A DNA stretch of 64,000 bases from Eledone cirrhosa. Its lineage: Eukaryota. Positions 30,771-46,199 of the stretch are shown piece after piece (positions within the stretch are counted from its first letter, which is position 1; the number at the start of each line of letters is the position of its first letter). The position numbers were made by a program, and so were the translations under genes. The stretch lies in contig OZ024743.1 of assembly GCA_964016885.1 (NCBI GenBank), positions 219,666,001 to 219,730,000 on the forward strand, in the 5' to 3' direction. Below the pieces are notes generated by a model that was not told where the DNA came from, made no database searches, and saw nothing but the letters and a program-made list of their open reading frames with translations.

Positions 30771-33700
30771 GTTGTTAGAACACCAGATAGAATGTTGTTA
30801 GAACGCCAGATAGAACGTCGTTACATCACCAGATAGAACGTCGTTAGAACACCAGATAGAATGTTGTTAGAACACCAGATAGAATGTTGTTAGAACGCCA
30901 GTTAGAATGTTGTATGAACGCCAGACAGAATGTTGTTATAACACCAGATAGAATGTTGTTAGAACGCCAGATAGAATGTTGTATGAACGCCAGATAGAAT
31001 GTTGTTAGAACGCCAGATAGAATTTTGTTTGGACGCCAGATAGAATGTTATTAGTCCGCCAGATAGAATGTTGTATGAACGCCAGATAGTATGTTGTTAG
31101 AACACCAGATAGAATGTTGTTAGAACGCCAGATAGAATGTTGTATGAACGCCAGACAGAATGTTGTTACAACACCAGATAGAATGTTGTTAGAACCCCAG
31201 ATAGAATGTTGTTAGAACGCCAGATAGAATTTTGTATGAACACCGGATAGAATGTTGTTAGAACGCCGAATAGAATGTTGTGAGAACGACAGATAGAATA
31301 TTGTATGAACACCGGATAGAATGTTGTTAGAACGCCGAATAGAATGTTGTTAGAACGCCAGATAGAATGTTGTATGAACGCCAGATAGAATGTTGTTAGA
31401 ACGCCAGATAGAATGCTGTTAGAATGCCAGATAGAATGCTGTTAGAACGCCAGATAAAATATTGTATGAACGCCAGATAGAATGTTGTTAGAACGCCACA
31501 TAGAATGTTGTTAGAACGCCTGATAGAATGTTGTATGAATGCCAGATAGAATGTTGTTAGAACGCCAGATAGAATGATGTATGAACGCCAGATAGAATGT
31601 TGTATGAACGCCAGATAGAACGTTGTTAGAACGCGATATAGAATGTTGTATGAACACCGGATAGAATGTTGTTAGAACGCCGAATAGAATGTTGTTAGAA
31701 CGAGAGATAGAATGTTGTATGTACGCCGGATAGAATGTTGTATGAACACCGGATAGAATGTTGTTAGAACGCCGAATAGAATGTTGTTAGAACGAGAGAT
31801 AGAATGTTGTATGTACGCCGGATAGAATGTTGTTAGAACGCCGAATAGAATGTTGTTAGAACGCCAGATAGAATGTTGTATGAACGCCAGATAGAATGTT
31901 GTTAGAACGCCAGATAGAATGTTGTTAGAACGCCAGATAGAATGTTGTATGTACGCCAGATAGAATGTTGTATGAACGCCAGATAGAATGTTGTATGAAC
32001 GCCAGATAGAAGTTTGTATGAACGCCAGATAGAATGTTGTATGAACGCCAGATAGAATTTTGTTAGAACGCCAAATAGTATGTTGTATGAACGCCAGATA
32101 GAATGTTGTATGAACACCGGACATAATGTTGTTAGAACGCCGAATAGAATTTTGTTAGAACGCCAGATAGAATGTTGTATGAACGCCAGATAGAATGTTG
32201 TATGAACGTTATATAGAATGTTGTATGAACGCCAGATAGAATGTTGTATGAACGCCAGATAGAATGTTGTTAGAACGCCAGATAGAATTTTATTAGTCCG
32301 CCAGATAGAATGTTGTATGAATGCCAGATAGAATGTTGTTAGAACACCAGATAGAATGTTGTTAGAACCCCAGATAGAATGTTGTATGAACGCCAGAGAG
32401 AATGTTGTTACAACACCAGATAGAATGTTGTTAGAAGCCCAGATACAATGTTGTTAGAACGCCAGATAGAATTTTGTATGAACACCGGATAGAATGTTGT
32501 TAGAACGCCGAATAGAATGTTGTGAGAACGACAGATAGAATATTGTACGAACGCCGGATAGAATGTTGTTAGAACGCCGAATAGAATGTTGTTAGAACGC
32601 CAGATAGAATGTTGTATGAACGCCAGATGGAATGTTGTTAGAACGCCAGAGAGAATGCTGTTAGAATGCCAGATAGAATGCTGTTAGAACGCCAGATAAA
32701 ATGTTGTATGAACGCCAGATAGAATGTTGTTAGAACGCCACATAGAATGTTGTTAGAACGCCTGATAGAATGTTGTATGAACGCCAGATAGAATGTTGTT
32801 AGAACGCCAGAGAGAATGTTGTATGAACACCGGATAGAATGTTGTTAGAACGCCGAATAGAATGTTGTTAGAACGAGAGATAGAATGTTGTATGTACGCC
32901 GGATAGAATGTTGTTAGAACGCCGAATAGCATGTTGTTAGAACGCCAGATAGAATGTTGTATGAACGCCAGATAGAATGTTGTTAGAACGCCAGATAGAA
33001 TGTTGTTAGAACGCCAGATAGAATGTTGTATGAACGCCAGATAGAATGTTGTTAGAACGCCAGATAGAATGTTGTATGTACGCCAGATAGAATTTTGTAT
33101 GAACGCCAGATAGAATGTTGTATGAACGCCAGACAGAATTTTGTTAGAACGCCAAATAGTATGTTGTATGAACGCCAGATAGAATGTTGTATGAACACCG
33201 GATATAATGTTGTTAGAACGCCGAATAGAATTTTGTTAGAACGCCAGAAAGAATGTTGTATGAACGCCAGATAGAATATTGTTAAAACGCCAGATAGAAT
33301 GTTGTTATAACGCCAGATAGAATGTTGTTAGAACGCCACATAGAATGTTGTTAAAACGCCAGATAGAATGTTGTATGAACGCCGGATAGAATGTTGTATG
33401 AACGCCAGATAGAATGTTGTTAGAACGCCAAATAGAATTTTGTTAGGACGCCAGATAGAATGTTATTAGTACGCCAGATAGAACGTTGTATGAATGCCAG
33501 ATAGAATGTTGTTAGAACACCAGATAGAATGTTGTTAGAACGCCAGATAGATTGTTGTATGAACGCCAGACAGAATGTTGTTACAACACCAGATAGAATG
33601 TTGTTAGAACCCCAGATAGAATGTTGTTAGAACGCCAGATAGAATGTTGTATGAACGCCAGATAGAATATTGTATGAACGCCAAATAGAACGTTGTATGA

Positions 33701-36700
33701 ACGCCAGATAGAATATTGTATGAACGCCAGATAGAACGTTGTTAGAACGCCAGATAGAATGTTGTTAGAACGCCGAATAGAATGTTGTGAGAACGACAGA
33801 TAGAATATTGTACGAACGCCGGATAGAATGTTGTTAGAACGCCGAATAGAATGTTATTAAAACGCCAGATAGAATGTTGTATGAACGCCAGATAGAATGT
33901 TGTTAGAACGCCAGATAGAATGCTGTTAGAACGCCAGATAGAATGCTGTTAGAACGCCAGATAAAATGTTGTATGAACGCCAGATAAAATGTTGTATGAA
34001 TGCCAGATAGAATGTTGTTAGAACGCCACATAGAATGTTGTTAGAACGCCTGATAGAATGTTGTATGAACGCCAGATACAATGATGTATGAACGCCAGAT
34101 AGAATGTTGTATGAACGCCAGATAGAATTTTGTATGAACACCGGATAGAATGTTGTTAGAACGCCGCATAGAATGTTGTTAGAACGCCTGATAGAATGTT
34201 GTATGAATGCCAGATAGAATGTTGTTAGAACGCCACATAGAATTTTGTTAGAACGCCAGATAGAACGTCGTTACATCACCAGATAGAACGTCGTTAGAAC
34301 ACCAGATAGAATGTTGTTAGAACGCCAGTTAGAATGTTGTATGAACGCCAGACAGAATGTTGTTACAACACCAGATAGAATGTTGTTAGAACGCCAGATA
34401 GAATGTTGTATGAACGCCAGATAGAATGTTGTTAGAACGCCAGATAGAATTTTGTTAGGACGCCAGATAGAATGTTATTAGTCCGCCAGATAGAATGTTG
34501 TATGAACGCCAGATAGTATGTTGTTAGAACACCAGATAGAATGTTGTTAGAACGCCAGATAGAATGTTGTATAAACGCCAGACAGAATGTTGTTACAACA
34601 CCAGATAGAATGTTGTTAGAACCCCAGATAGAATGTTGATAGAACGCCAGATAGAATTTTGTATGAACACCGGATAGAATGTTGTTAGAACACCAGATAG
34701 AATGTTGTTAGAACGCCAGATAGAACGTCGTTACATCACCAGATAGAACGTCGTTAGAACACCAGATAGAATGTTGTTAGAACACCAGATAGAATGTTGT
34801 TAGAACGCCAGTTAGAATGTTGTATGAACGCCAGACAGAATGTTGTTATAACACCAGATAGAATGTTGTTAGAACGCCAGATAGAATGTTGTATGAACGC
34901 CAGATAGAATGTTGTTAGAACGCCAGATAGAATTTTGTTTGGACGCCAGATAGAATGTTATTAGTCCGCCAGATAGAATGTTGTATGAACGCCAGATAGT
35001 ATGTTGTTAGAACACCAGATAGAATGTTGTTAGAACGCCAGATAGAATGTTGTATGAACGCCAGACAGAATGTTGTTACAACACCAGATAGAATGTTGTT
35101 AGAACCCCAGATAGAATGTTGTTAGAACGCCAGATAGAATTTTGTATGAACACCGGATAGAATGTTGTTAGAACGCCGAATAGAATGTTGTGAGAACGAC
35201 AGATAGAATATTGTATGAACACCGGATAGAATGTTGTTAGAACGCCGAATAGAATGTTGTTAGAACGCCAGATAGAATGTTGTATGAACGCCAGATAGAA
35301 TGTTGTTAGAACGCCAGATAGAATGCTGTTAGAATGCCAGATAGAATGCTGTTAGAACGCCAGATAAAATATTGTATGAACGCCAGATAGAATGTTGTTA
35401 GAACGCCACATAGAATGTTGTTAGAACGCCTGATAGAATGTTGTATGAATGCCAGATAGAATGTTGTTAGAACGCCAGATAGAATGATGTATGAACGCCA
35501 GATAGAATGTTGTATGAACGCCAGATAGAACGTTGTTAGAACGCGATATAGAATGTTGTATGAACACCGGATAGAATGTTGTTAGAACGCCGAATAGAAT
35601 GTTGTTAGAACGAGAGATAGAATGTTGTATGTACGCCGGATAGAATGTTGTATGAACACCGGATAGAATGTTGTTAGAACGCCGAATAGAATGTTGTTAG
35701 AACGAGAGATAGAATGTTGTATGTACGCCGGATAGAATGTTGTTAGAACGCCGAATAGAATGTTGTTAGAACGCCAGATAGAATGTTGTATGAACGCCAG
35801 ATAGAATGTTGTTAGAACGCCAGATAGAATGTTGTTAGAACGCCAGATAGAATGTTGTATGTACGCCAGATAGAATGTTGTATGAACGCCAGATAGAATG
35901 TTGTATGAACGCCAGATAGAAGTTTGTATGAACGCCAGATAGAATGTTGTATGAACGCCAGATAGAATTTTGTTAGAACGCCAAATAGTATGTTGTATGA
36001 ACGCCAGATAGAATGTTGTATGAACACCGGACATAATGTTGTTAGAACGCCGAATAGAATTTTGTTAGAACGCCAGATAGAATGTTGTATGAACGCCAGA
36101 TAGAATGTTGTATGAACGTTATATAGAATGTTGTATGAACGCCAGATAGAATGTTGTATGAACGCCAGATAGAATGTTGTTAGAACGCCAGATAGAATTT
36201 TATTAGTCCGCCAGATAGAATGTTGTATGAATGCCAGATAGAATGTTGTTAGAACACCAGATAGAATGTTGTTAGAACCCCAGATAGAATGTTGTATGAA
36301 CGCCAGAGAGAATGTTGTTACAACACCAGATAGAATGTTGTTAGAAGCCCAGATACAATGTTGTTAGAACGCCAGATAGAATTTTGTATGAACACCGGAT
36401 AGAATGTTGTTAGAACGCCGAATAGAATGTTGTGAGAACGACAGATAGAATATTGTACGAACGCCGGATAGAATGTTGTTAGAACGCCGAATAGAATGTT
36501 GTTAGAACGCCAGATAGAATGTTGTATGAACGCCAGATGGAATGTTGTTAGAACGCCAGAGAGAATGCTGTTAGAATGCCAGATAGAATGCTGTTAGAAC
36601 GCCAGATAAAATGTTGTATGAACGCCAGATAGAATGTTGTTAGAACGCCACATAGAATGTTGTTAGAACGCCTGATAGAATGTTGTATGAACGCCAGATA

Positions 36701-39700
36701 GAATGTTGTTAGAACGCCAGAGAGAATGTTGTATGAACACCGGATAGAATGTTGTTAGAACGCCGAATAGAATGTTGTTAGAACGAGAGATAGAATGTTG
36801 TATGTACGCCGGATAGAATGTTGTTAGAACGCCGAATAGCATGTTGTTAGAACGCCAGATAGAATGTTGTATGAACGCCAGATAGAATGTTGTTAGAACG
36901 CCAGATAGAATGTTGTTAGAACGCCAGATAGAATGTTGTATGAACGCCAGATAGAATGTTGTTAGAACGCCAGATAGAATGTTGTATGTACGCCAGATAG
37001 AATTTTGTATGAACGCCAGATAGAATGTTGTATGAACGCCAGACAGAATTTTGTTAGAACGCCAAATAGTATGTTGTATGAACGCCAGATAGAATGTTGT
37101 ATGAACACCGGATATAATGTTGTTAGAACGCCGAATAGAATTTTGTTAGAACGCCAGAAAGAATGTTGTATGAACGCCAGATAGAATATTGTTAAAACGC
37201 CAGATAGAATGTTGTTATAACGCCAGATAGAATGTTGTTAGAACGCCACATAGAATGTTGTTAAAACGCCAGATAGAATGTTGTATGAACGCCGGATAGA
37301 ATGTTGTATGAACGCCAGATAGAATGTTGTTAGAACGCCAAATAGAATTTTGTTAGGACGCCAGATAGAATGTTATTAGTACGCCAGATAGAACGTTGTA
37401 TGAATGCCAGATAGAATGTTGTTAGAACACCAGATAGAATGTTGTTAGAACGCCAGATAGATTGTTGTATGAACGCCAGACAGAATGTTGTTACAACACC
37501 AGATAGAATGTTGTTAGAACCCCAGATAGAATGTTGTTAGAACGCCAGATAGAATGTTGTATGAACGCCAGATAGAATATTGTATGAACGCCAAATAGAA
37601 CGTTGTATGAACGCCAGATAGAATATTGTATGAACGCCAGATAGAACGTTGTTAGAACGCCAGATAGAATGTTGTTAGAACGCCGAATAGAATGTTGTGA
37701 GAACGACAGATAGAATATTGTACGAACGCCGGATAGAATGTTGTTAGAACGCCGAATAGAATGTTATTAAAACGCCAGATAGAATGTTGTATGAACGCCA
37801 GATAGAATGTTGTTAGAACGCCAGATAGAATGCTGTTAGAACGCCAGATAGAATGCTGTTAGAACGCCAGATAAAATGTTGTATGAACGCCAGATAAAAT
37901 GTTGTATGAATGCCAGATAGAATGTTGTTAGAACGCCACATAGAATGTTGTTAGAACGCCTGATAGAATGTTGTATGAACGCCAGATACAATGATGTATG
38001 AACGCCAGATAGAATGTTGTATGAACGCCAGATAGAATTTTGTATGAACACCGGATAGAATGTTGTTAGAACGCCGCATAGAATGTTGTTAGAACGCCTG
38101 ATAGAATGTTGTATGAATGCCAGATAGAATGTTGTTAGAACGCCACATAGAATTTTGTTAGAACGCCAGATAGAACGTCGTTACATCACCAGATAGAACG
38201 TCGTTAGAACACCAGATAGAATGTTGTTAGAACGCCAGTTAGAATGTTGTATGAACGCCAGACAGAATGTTGTTACAACACCAGATAGAATGTTGTTAGA
38301 ACGCCAGATAGAATGTTGTATGAACGCCAGATAGAATGTTGTTAGAACGCCAGATAGAATTTTGTTAGGACGCCAGATAGAATGTTATTAGTCCGCCAGA
38401 TAGAATGTTGTATGAACGCCAGATAGTATGTTGTTAGAACACCAGATAGAATGTTGTTAGAACGCCAGATAGAATGTTGTATAAACGCCAGACAGAATGT
38501 TGTTACAACACCAGATAGAATGTTGTTAGAACCCCAGATAGAATGTTGATAGAACGCCAGATAGAATTTTGTATGAACACCGGATAGAATGTTGTTAGAA
38601 CGCCGAATAGAATGTTGTGAGAACGACAGATAGAATATTGTACGAACGCCGGATAGAATGTTGTTAGAACGCCGAATAGAATGTTGTTAGAACGCCAGAT
38701 AGAATGTTGTATGAACGCCAGATAGAATGTTGTTAGAACGCCAGATAGAATGCTGTTAGGATGCCAGATAGAATGCTGTTAGAACGCCAGATAAAATATT
38801 GTATGAACGCCAGATAGAATGTTGTTAGAACGCCACATAGAATGTTGTTAGAACGCCAGATAGAATGTTGTTAGAACGCCAGATAGAATGTTGTATGTAC
38901 GCCAGATAGAATGTTGTATGAACGCCAGATAGAATGTTGTATGAACGCCAGATAGAAGTTTGTATGAACGCCAGATATAATGTTGTATGAACGCCAGATA
39001 GAATTTTGTTAGAACGCCAAATAGTATGTTGTATGAACGCCAGATAGAATGTTGTATGAACACCGGACATAATGTTGTTAGAACGCCGAATAGAATTTTG
39101 TTAGAACGCCAGATAGAATGTTGTATGAACGCCAGATAGAATGTTGTATGAACGTTATATAGAATGTTGTATGAACGCCAGATAGAATGTTGTATGAACG
39201 CCAGATAGAATGTTGTTAGAACGCCAGATAGAATTTTATTAGTCCGCCAGATAGAATGTTGTATGAATGCCAGATAGAATGTTGTTAGAACACCAGATAG
39301 AATGTTGTTAGAACGCCAGATAGAATGTTGTATGAACGCCAGAGAGAATGTTGTTACAACACCAGATAGAATGTTGTTAGAAGCCCAGATACAATGTTGT
39401 TAGAACGCCAGATAGAATTTTGTATGAACACCGGATAGAATGTTGTTAGAACGCCGAATAGAATGTTGTGAGAACGACAGATAGAATATTGTACGAACGC
39501 CGGATAGAATGTTGTTAGAACGCCGAATAGAATGTTGTTAGAACGCCAGATAGAATGTTGTATGAACGCCAGATGGAATGTTGTTAGAACGCCAGAGAGA
39601 ATGCTGTTAGAATGCCAGATAGAATGCTGTTAGAACGCCAGATAAAATGTTGTATGAACGCCAGATAGAATGTTGTTAGAACGCCACATAGAATGTTGTT

Positions 39701-42700
39701 AGAACGCCTGATAGAATGTTGTATGAACGCCAGATAGAATGTTGTTAGAACGCCAGAGAGAATGTTGTATGAACACCGGATAGAATGTTGTTAGAACGCC
39801 GAATAGAATGTTGTTAGAACGAGAGATAGAATGTTGTATGTACGCCGGATAGAATGTTGTTAGAACGCCGAATAGCATGTTGTTAGAACGCCAGATAGAA
39901 TGTTGTATGAACGCCAGATAGAATGTTGTTAGAACGCCAGATAGAATGTTGTTAGAACGCCAGATAGAATGTTGTATGAACGCCAGATAGAATGTTGTTA
40001 GAACGCCAGATAGAATGTTGTATGTACGCCAGATAGAATTTTGTATGAACGCCAGATAGAATGTTGTATGAACGCCAGACAGAATTTTGTTAGAACGCCA
40101 AATAGTATGTTGTATGAACGCCAGATAGAATGTTGTATGAACACCGGATATAATGTTGTTAGAACGCCGAATAGAATTTTGTTAGAACGCCAGAAAGAAT
40201 GTTGTATGAACGCCAGATAGAATGTTGTTAAAACGCCAGATAGAATGTTGTTATAACGCCAGATAGAATGTTGTTAGAACGCCACATAGAATGTTGTTAA
40301 AACGCCAGATAGAATGTTGTATGAACGCCGGATAGAATGTTGTATGAACGCCAGATAGAATGTTGTTAGAACGCCAAATAGAATTTTGTTAGGACGCCAG
40401 ATAGAATGTTATTAGTACGCCAGATAGAACGTTGTATGAATGCCAGATAGAATGTTGTTAGAACACCAGATAGAATGTTGTTAGAACGCCAGATAGATTG
40501 TTGTATGAACGCCAGACAGAATGTTGTTACAACACCAGATAGAATGTTGTTAGAACCCCAGATAGAATGTTGTTAGAACGCCAGATAGAATGTTGTATGA
40601 ACGCCAGATAGAATATTGTATGAACGCCAAATAGAACGTTGTATGAACGCCAGATAGAATATTGTATGAACGCCAGATAGAACGTTGTTAGAACGCCAGA
40701 TAGAATGTTGTTAGAACGCCTTATAGAATGTTGTGAGAACGACAGATAGAATATTGTACGAACGCCGGATAGAATGTTGTTAGAACGCCGAATAGAATGT
40801 TATTAGAACGCCAGATAGAATGTTGTATGAACGCCAGATAGAATGTTGTTAGAACGCCAGATAGAATGCTGTTAGAACGCCAGATAGAATGCTGTTAGAA
40901 CGCCAGATAAAATGTTGTATGAACGCCAGATAAAATGTTGTATGAATGCCAGATAGAATGTTGTTAGAACGCCACATAGAATGTTGTTAGAACGCCTGAT
41001 AGAATGTTGTATGAACGCCAGATACAATGATGTATGAACGCCAGATAGAATGTTGTATGAACGCCAGATAGAATTTTGTATGAACACCGGATAGAATGTT
41101 GTTAGAACGCCGCATAGAATGTTGTTAGAACGCCTGATAGAATGTTGTATGAATGCCAGATAGAATGTTGTTAGAACGCCACATAGAATTTTGTTAGAAC
41201 GCCAGATAGAACGTCGTTACATCACCAGATAGAACGTCGTTAGAACACCAGATAGAATGTTGTTAGAACGCCAGTTAGAATGTTGTATGAACGCCAGACA
41301 GAATGTTGTTACAACACCAGATAGAATGTTGTTAGAACGCCAGATAGAATGTTGTATGAACGCCAGATAGAATGTTGTTAGAACGCCAGATAGAATTTTG
41401 TTAGGACGCCAGATAGAATGTTATTAGTCCGCCAGATAGAATGTTGTATGAACGCCAGATAGTATGTTGTTAGAACACCAGATAGAATGTTGTTAGAACG
41501 CCAGATAGAATGTTGTATAAACGCCAGACAGAATGTTGTTACAACACCAGATAGAATGTTGTTAGAACCCCAGATAGAATGTTGATAGAACGCCAGATAG
41601 AATTTTGTATGAACACCGGATAGAATGTTGTTAGAACGCCGAATAGAATGTTGTGAGAACGACAGATAGAATATTGTACGAACGCCGGATAGAATGTTGT
41701 TAGAACGCCGAATAGAATGTTGTTAGAACGCCAGATAGAATGTTGTATGAACGCCAGATAGAATGTTGTTAGAACGCCAGATAGAATGCTGTTAGGATGC
41801 CAGATAGAATGCTGTTAGAACGCCAGATAAAATATTGTATGAACGCCAGATAGAATGTTGTTAGAACGCCACATAGAATGTTGTTAGAACGCCAGATAGA
41901 ATGTTGTATGAATGCCAGATAGAATTTTGTTAGAACGCCAGATAGAATGATGTATGAACGCCAGATAGAATGTTGTATGAACGCCAGATAGAACGTTGTT
42001 AGCACGCCAGATAGAATGTTGTATGAACACCGGATAGAATGTTGTTAGAACGCCGAATAGAATGTTGTTAGAACGAGAGATAGAATGTTGTATGTACGCC
42101 GGATAGAATGTTGTTAGAACGCCGAATAGAATGTTGTTAGAACGCCAGATAGAATGTTGTATGAACGCCAGATGGAATGTTGTTAGAACGCCAGAGAGAA
42201 TGCTGTTAGAATGCCAGATAGAATGCTGTTAGAACGCCAGATAAAATGTTGTATGAACGCCAGATAGAATGTTGTTAGAACGCCACATAGAATGTTGTTA
42301 GAACGCCTGATAGAATGTTGTATGAACGCCAGATAGAATGTTGTTAGAACGCCAGAGAGAATGTTGTATGAACACCGGATAGAATGTTGTTAGAACGCCG
42401 AAAAGAATGTTGTTAGAACGAGAGATAGAATGTTGTATGTACGCCGGATAGAATGTTGTTAGAACGCCGAATAGCATGTTGTTAGAACGCCAGATAGAAT
42501 GTTGTTAGAACGCCAGATAGAATGTTGTATGTACGCCAGATAGAATTTTGTATGAACGCCAGATAGAATGTTGTATGAACGCCAGACAGAAGTTTGTTAG
42601 AACGCCAAATAGTATGTTGTATGAACGCCAGATAGAATGTTGTATGAACACCGGATATAATGTTGTTAGAACGCCGAATAGAATTTTGTTAGAACGCCAG

Positions 42701-44900
42701 ATAGAATGTTGTATGAACGCCAGATAGAATGTTGTTAAAACGCCAGATAGAATGTTGTTATAACGCCAGATAGAATGTTGTTAGAACGCCACATAGAATG
42801 TTGTTAAAACGCCAGATAGAATGTTGTATGAACGCCGGATAGAATGTTGTATGAACGCCAGATAGAATGTTGTTAGAACGCCAAATAGAATTTTGTTAGG
42901 ACGCCAGATAGAATGTTATTAGTACGCCAGATAGAACGTTGTATGAATGCCAGATAGAATGTTGTTAGAACACCAGATAGAATGTTGTTAGAACGCCAGA
43001 TAGATTGTTGTATGAACGCCAGACAGAATGTTGTTACAACACCAGATAGAATGTTGTTAGAACCCCAGATAGAATGTTGTTAGAACGCCAGATAGAATGT
43101 TGTATGAACGCCAGATAGAATATTGTATGAACGCCAAATAGAACGTTGTATGAACTTCAGATAGAATATTGTATGAACGCCAGATAGAACGTTGTTAGAA
43201 CGCCAGATAGAATGTTGTTAGAACGCCGAATAGAATGTTGTGAGAACGACAGATAGAATATTGTACGAACGCCGGATAGAATGTTGTTAGAACGCCGAAT
43301 AGAATGTTATTAGAACGCCAGATAGAATGTTGTATGAACGCCAGATAGAATGTTGTTAGAACGCCAGATAGAATGCTGTTAGAACGCCAGATAGAATGCT
43401 GTTAGAACGCCAGATAAAATGTTGTATGAACGCCAGATAAAATGTTGTATGAACGCCAGATAGAATGTTGTTAGAACGCCACATAGAATGTTGTTAGAAC
43501 GCCTGATAGAATGTTGTATGAACGCCAGATACAATGTTGTATGAACGCCAGATAGAATGTTGTATGAACGCCAGATAGAATTTTGTATGAACACCGGATA
43601 GAATGTTGTTAGAACGCCGCATAGAATGTTGTTAGAACGCCTGATAGAATGTTGTATGAATGCCAGATAGAATGTTGTTAGAACGCCACATAGAAATTTG
43701 TTTGAACGCCAGATAGAACGTCGTTACATCACCAGATAGAACGTCGTTAGAACACCAGATAGAATGTTGTTAGAACGCCAGTTAGAATGTTGTATGAACG
43801 CCAGACATAATGTTGTTACAACACCAGATAGAATGTTGTTAGAACGCCAGATAGAATGTTGTATGAACGCCAGATAGAATGTTGTTAGAACGCCAGATAG
43901 AATTTTGTTAGGACGCCAGATAGAATGTTATTAGTCCGCCAGATAGAATGTTGTATGAACGCCAGATAGTATGTTGTTAGAACACCAGATAGAATGTTGT
44001 ATGAACGCCAGATAGAATGTTGTATAAACGCCAGACAGAATGTTGTTACAACACCAGATAGAATGTTGTTAGAACCCCAGATAGAATGTTGATAGAACGC
44101 CAGATAGAATTTTGTATGAACACCGGATAGAATGTTGTTAGAACGCCGAATAGAATGTTGTTAGAACGCCAGATAGAATGTTGTATGAACGCCAGATAGA
44201 ATGTTGTTAGAACGCCAGATAGAATGCTGTTAGGATGCCAGATAGAATGCTGTTAGAACGCCAGATAAAATATTGTATGAACGCCAGATAGAATGTTGTT
44301 AGAACGCCACATAGAATGTTGTTAGAACGCCAGATAGAATGTTGTATGAATGCCAGATAGAATTTTGTTAGAACGCCAGATAGAATGATGTATGAACGCC
44401 AGATAGAATGTTGTATGAACGCCAGATAGAACGTTGTTAGCACGCCAGATAGAATGTTGTATGAACACCGGATAGAATGTTGTTAGAACGCCGAATAGAA
44501 TGTTGTTAGAACGAGAGATAGAATGTTGTATGTACGCCGGATAGAATGTTGTTAGAACGCCGAATAGAATGTTGTTAGAACGCCAGATAGAATGTTGTAT
44601 GAACGCCAGATAGAATGTTGTTAGAACGCCAGATAGAATGTTGTATGAACGCCAGATAGAATGTTGTATGAACGCCAGATAGAAGTTTGTATGAACGCCA
44701 GATAGAATGTTGTATGAACGCCAGATAGAATGTTGTTAGAACGCCACATAGTATGTTGTATGAACGCCAGATAGAATGTTGTATGAACACCGGACATAAT
44801 GTTGTTAGAACGCCGAATAGAATTTTGTTAGAACGCCAGATAGAATGTTGTATGAACGCCAGATAGAATGTTGTATGAACGCCAGATAGAATGTTGTTAC
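30770..44900. repeat. HOR domain C: indel-free higher-order repeats with periods 3910, 3036 and 2507/2438 bp (170, 132, 109/106 monomers)
   Basis: Marker gtcgttacatcacc occurs with ttac at 30821, 34271, 34731, 38181, 41217 and 43724. Pseudo-ORF offsets are 31672/35582 = 3910, 37836/40872 = 3036, 40872/43379 = 2507 and 41769/44207 = 2438, all exact multiples of 23. Confidence 0.92.
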
Positions 44901-45419
44901 AACGCCAGATAGAATGTTGTTAGAACGCCAGATAGAATGTTGTATGAACGCCAGATAGAATGTTGTTAGAACACCATATAGAATGTTGTATGAACGCCAG
45001 ATAGAATGTTGTTACAACGCCAGATAGAATTTTGTTAGAACGCCACATAGAATGTTGTTAGAACGCCAGATAGAATGTTGTTAGAACGCCAGATAGAATG
45101 TTGTATGAACGCCAGATAGAATGTTGTATGAACGCCAGATAGAATTTTGTATGAACGCCAGATAGAATGTTGTATGAACGCCAGATAGAATGTTGTTAGA
45201 ACAGCAGATAGAATGTTGTATGAACACCAGATAGAATGTTGTTAGAACACCGAATAGAATGTTGTATGAACGCCAGATAGAATGTTGTTAGAACGCCAGA
45301 TAGAATGTTGTATGAACGCCAGATAGAATGTTGTTAGAACGCCGAATAGAATTTTGTTAGAACGCCTGATAGAATGTTGTATGAACGCCAGATAGAATGT
45401 TGTATGAACGCCAGATAGA

Positions 45420-45960
45420 ATATTGTATGAACACCGGATAGAATGTTGTTAGAACGCCGAATAGAATGTTGTTAGAAAGACAGATAGAATGTTGTATGAA
45501 CGCCAGATAGAATGTTGTATCAACGCCAGATAGAATGTTGTATGAACACCGGATAGAATGTTGTTAGAACGCCGAATAGAATGTTGTTAGAACGACAGAT
45601 AGAATGTTGTATGAACGCCAGATAGAATGTTGTTAGAACGCCGAATAGAATGTTGTTAGAACGACAGATAGAATGTTGTATGAACGCCAGATAGAATGTT
45701 GTTAGAACGCCGAATAGAATGTTGTTAGAACGACAGATAGAATGTTGTATGAACGCCAGATAGAATGTTGTATGAACGCCAGATAGAATGTTGTATGAAC
45801 ACCGGATAGAATGTTGTTAGAACGCCGAATAGAATGTTGTTAGAACGACAGATAGAATGTTGTATGAACGCCAGATAGAATGTTGTATGAACACCGGATA
45901 GAATGTTGTTAGAACGCCGAATAGAATGTTGTTAGAACGACAGATGGAATGTTGTATGAA
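45420..45960. repeat. Local 69-bp (3-monomer) micro-HOR cluster
   Basis: The gaacgccgaa / gaacgacaga / gaacgccaga trio starts at 45567, 45636 and 45705 (69-bp spacing), with further copies at ~45820 and ~45912. Confidence 0.85.
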
Positions 45961-46199
45961 CGCCAGATAGAATGTTGTATGAACGCCAGATAGAATGTTG
46001 TATGAACGCCAGATAGAATGATGTATGAACTCCAGATAGAATGTTGTTACACCGCCACATAGAATGTTGTATGAACGCCAGATAGAATGTTGTATGAACG
46101 CCAGATAGAACGTTGTCAGAACGCCAGATTTAACGTTGTTAGAACGCCAGATAAAATGTTGTTAGCAAGCCAGATAGAATGTTGTATGAACGCCAGATA

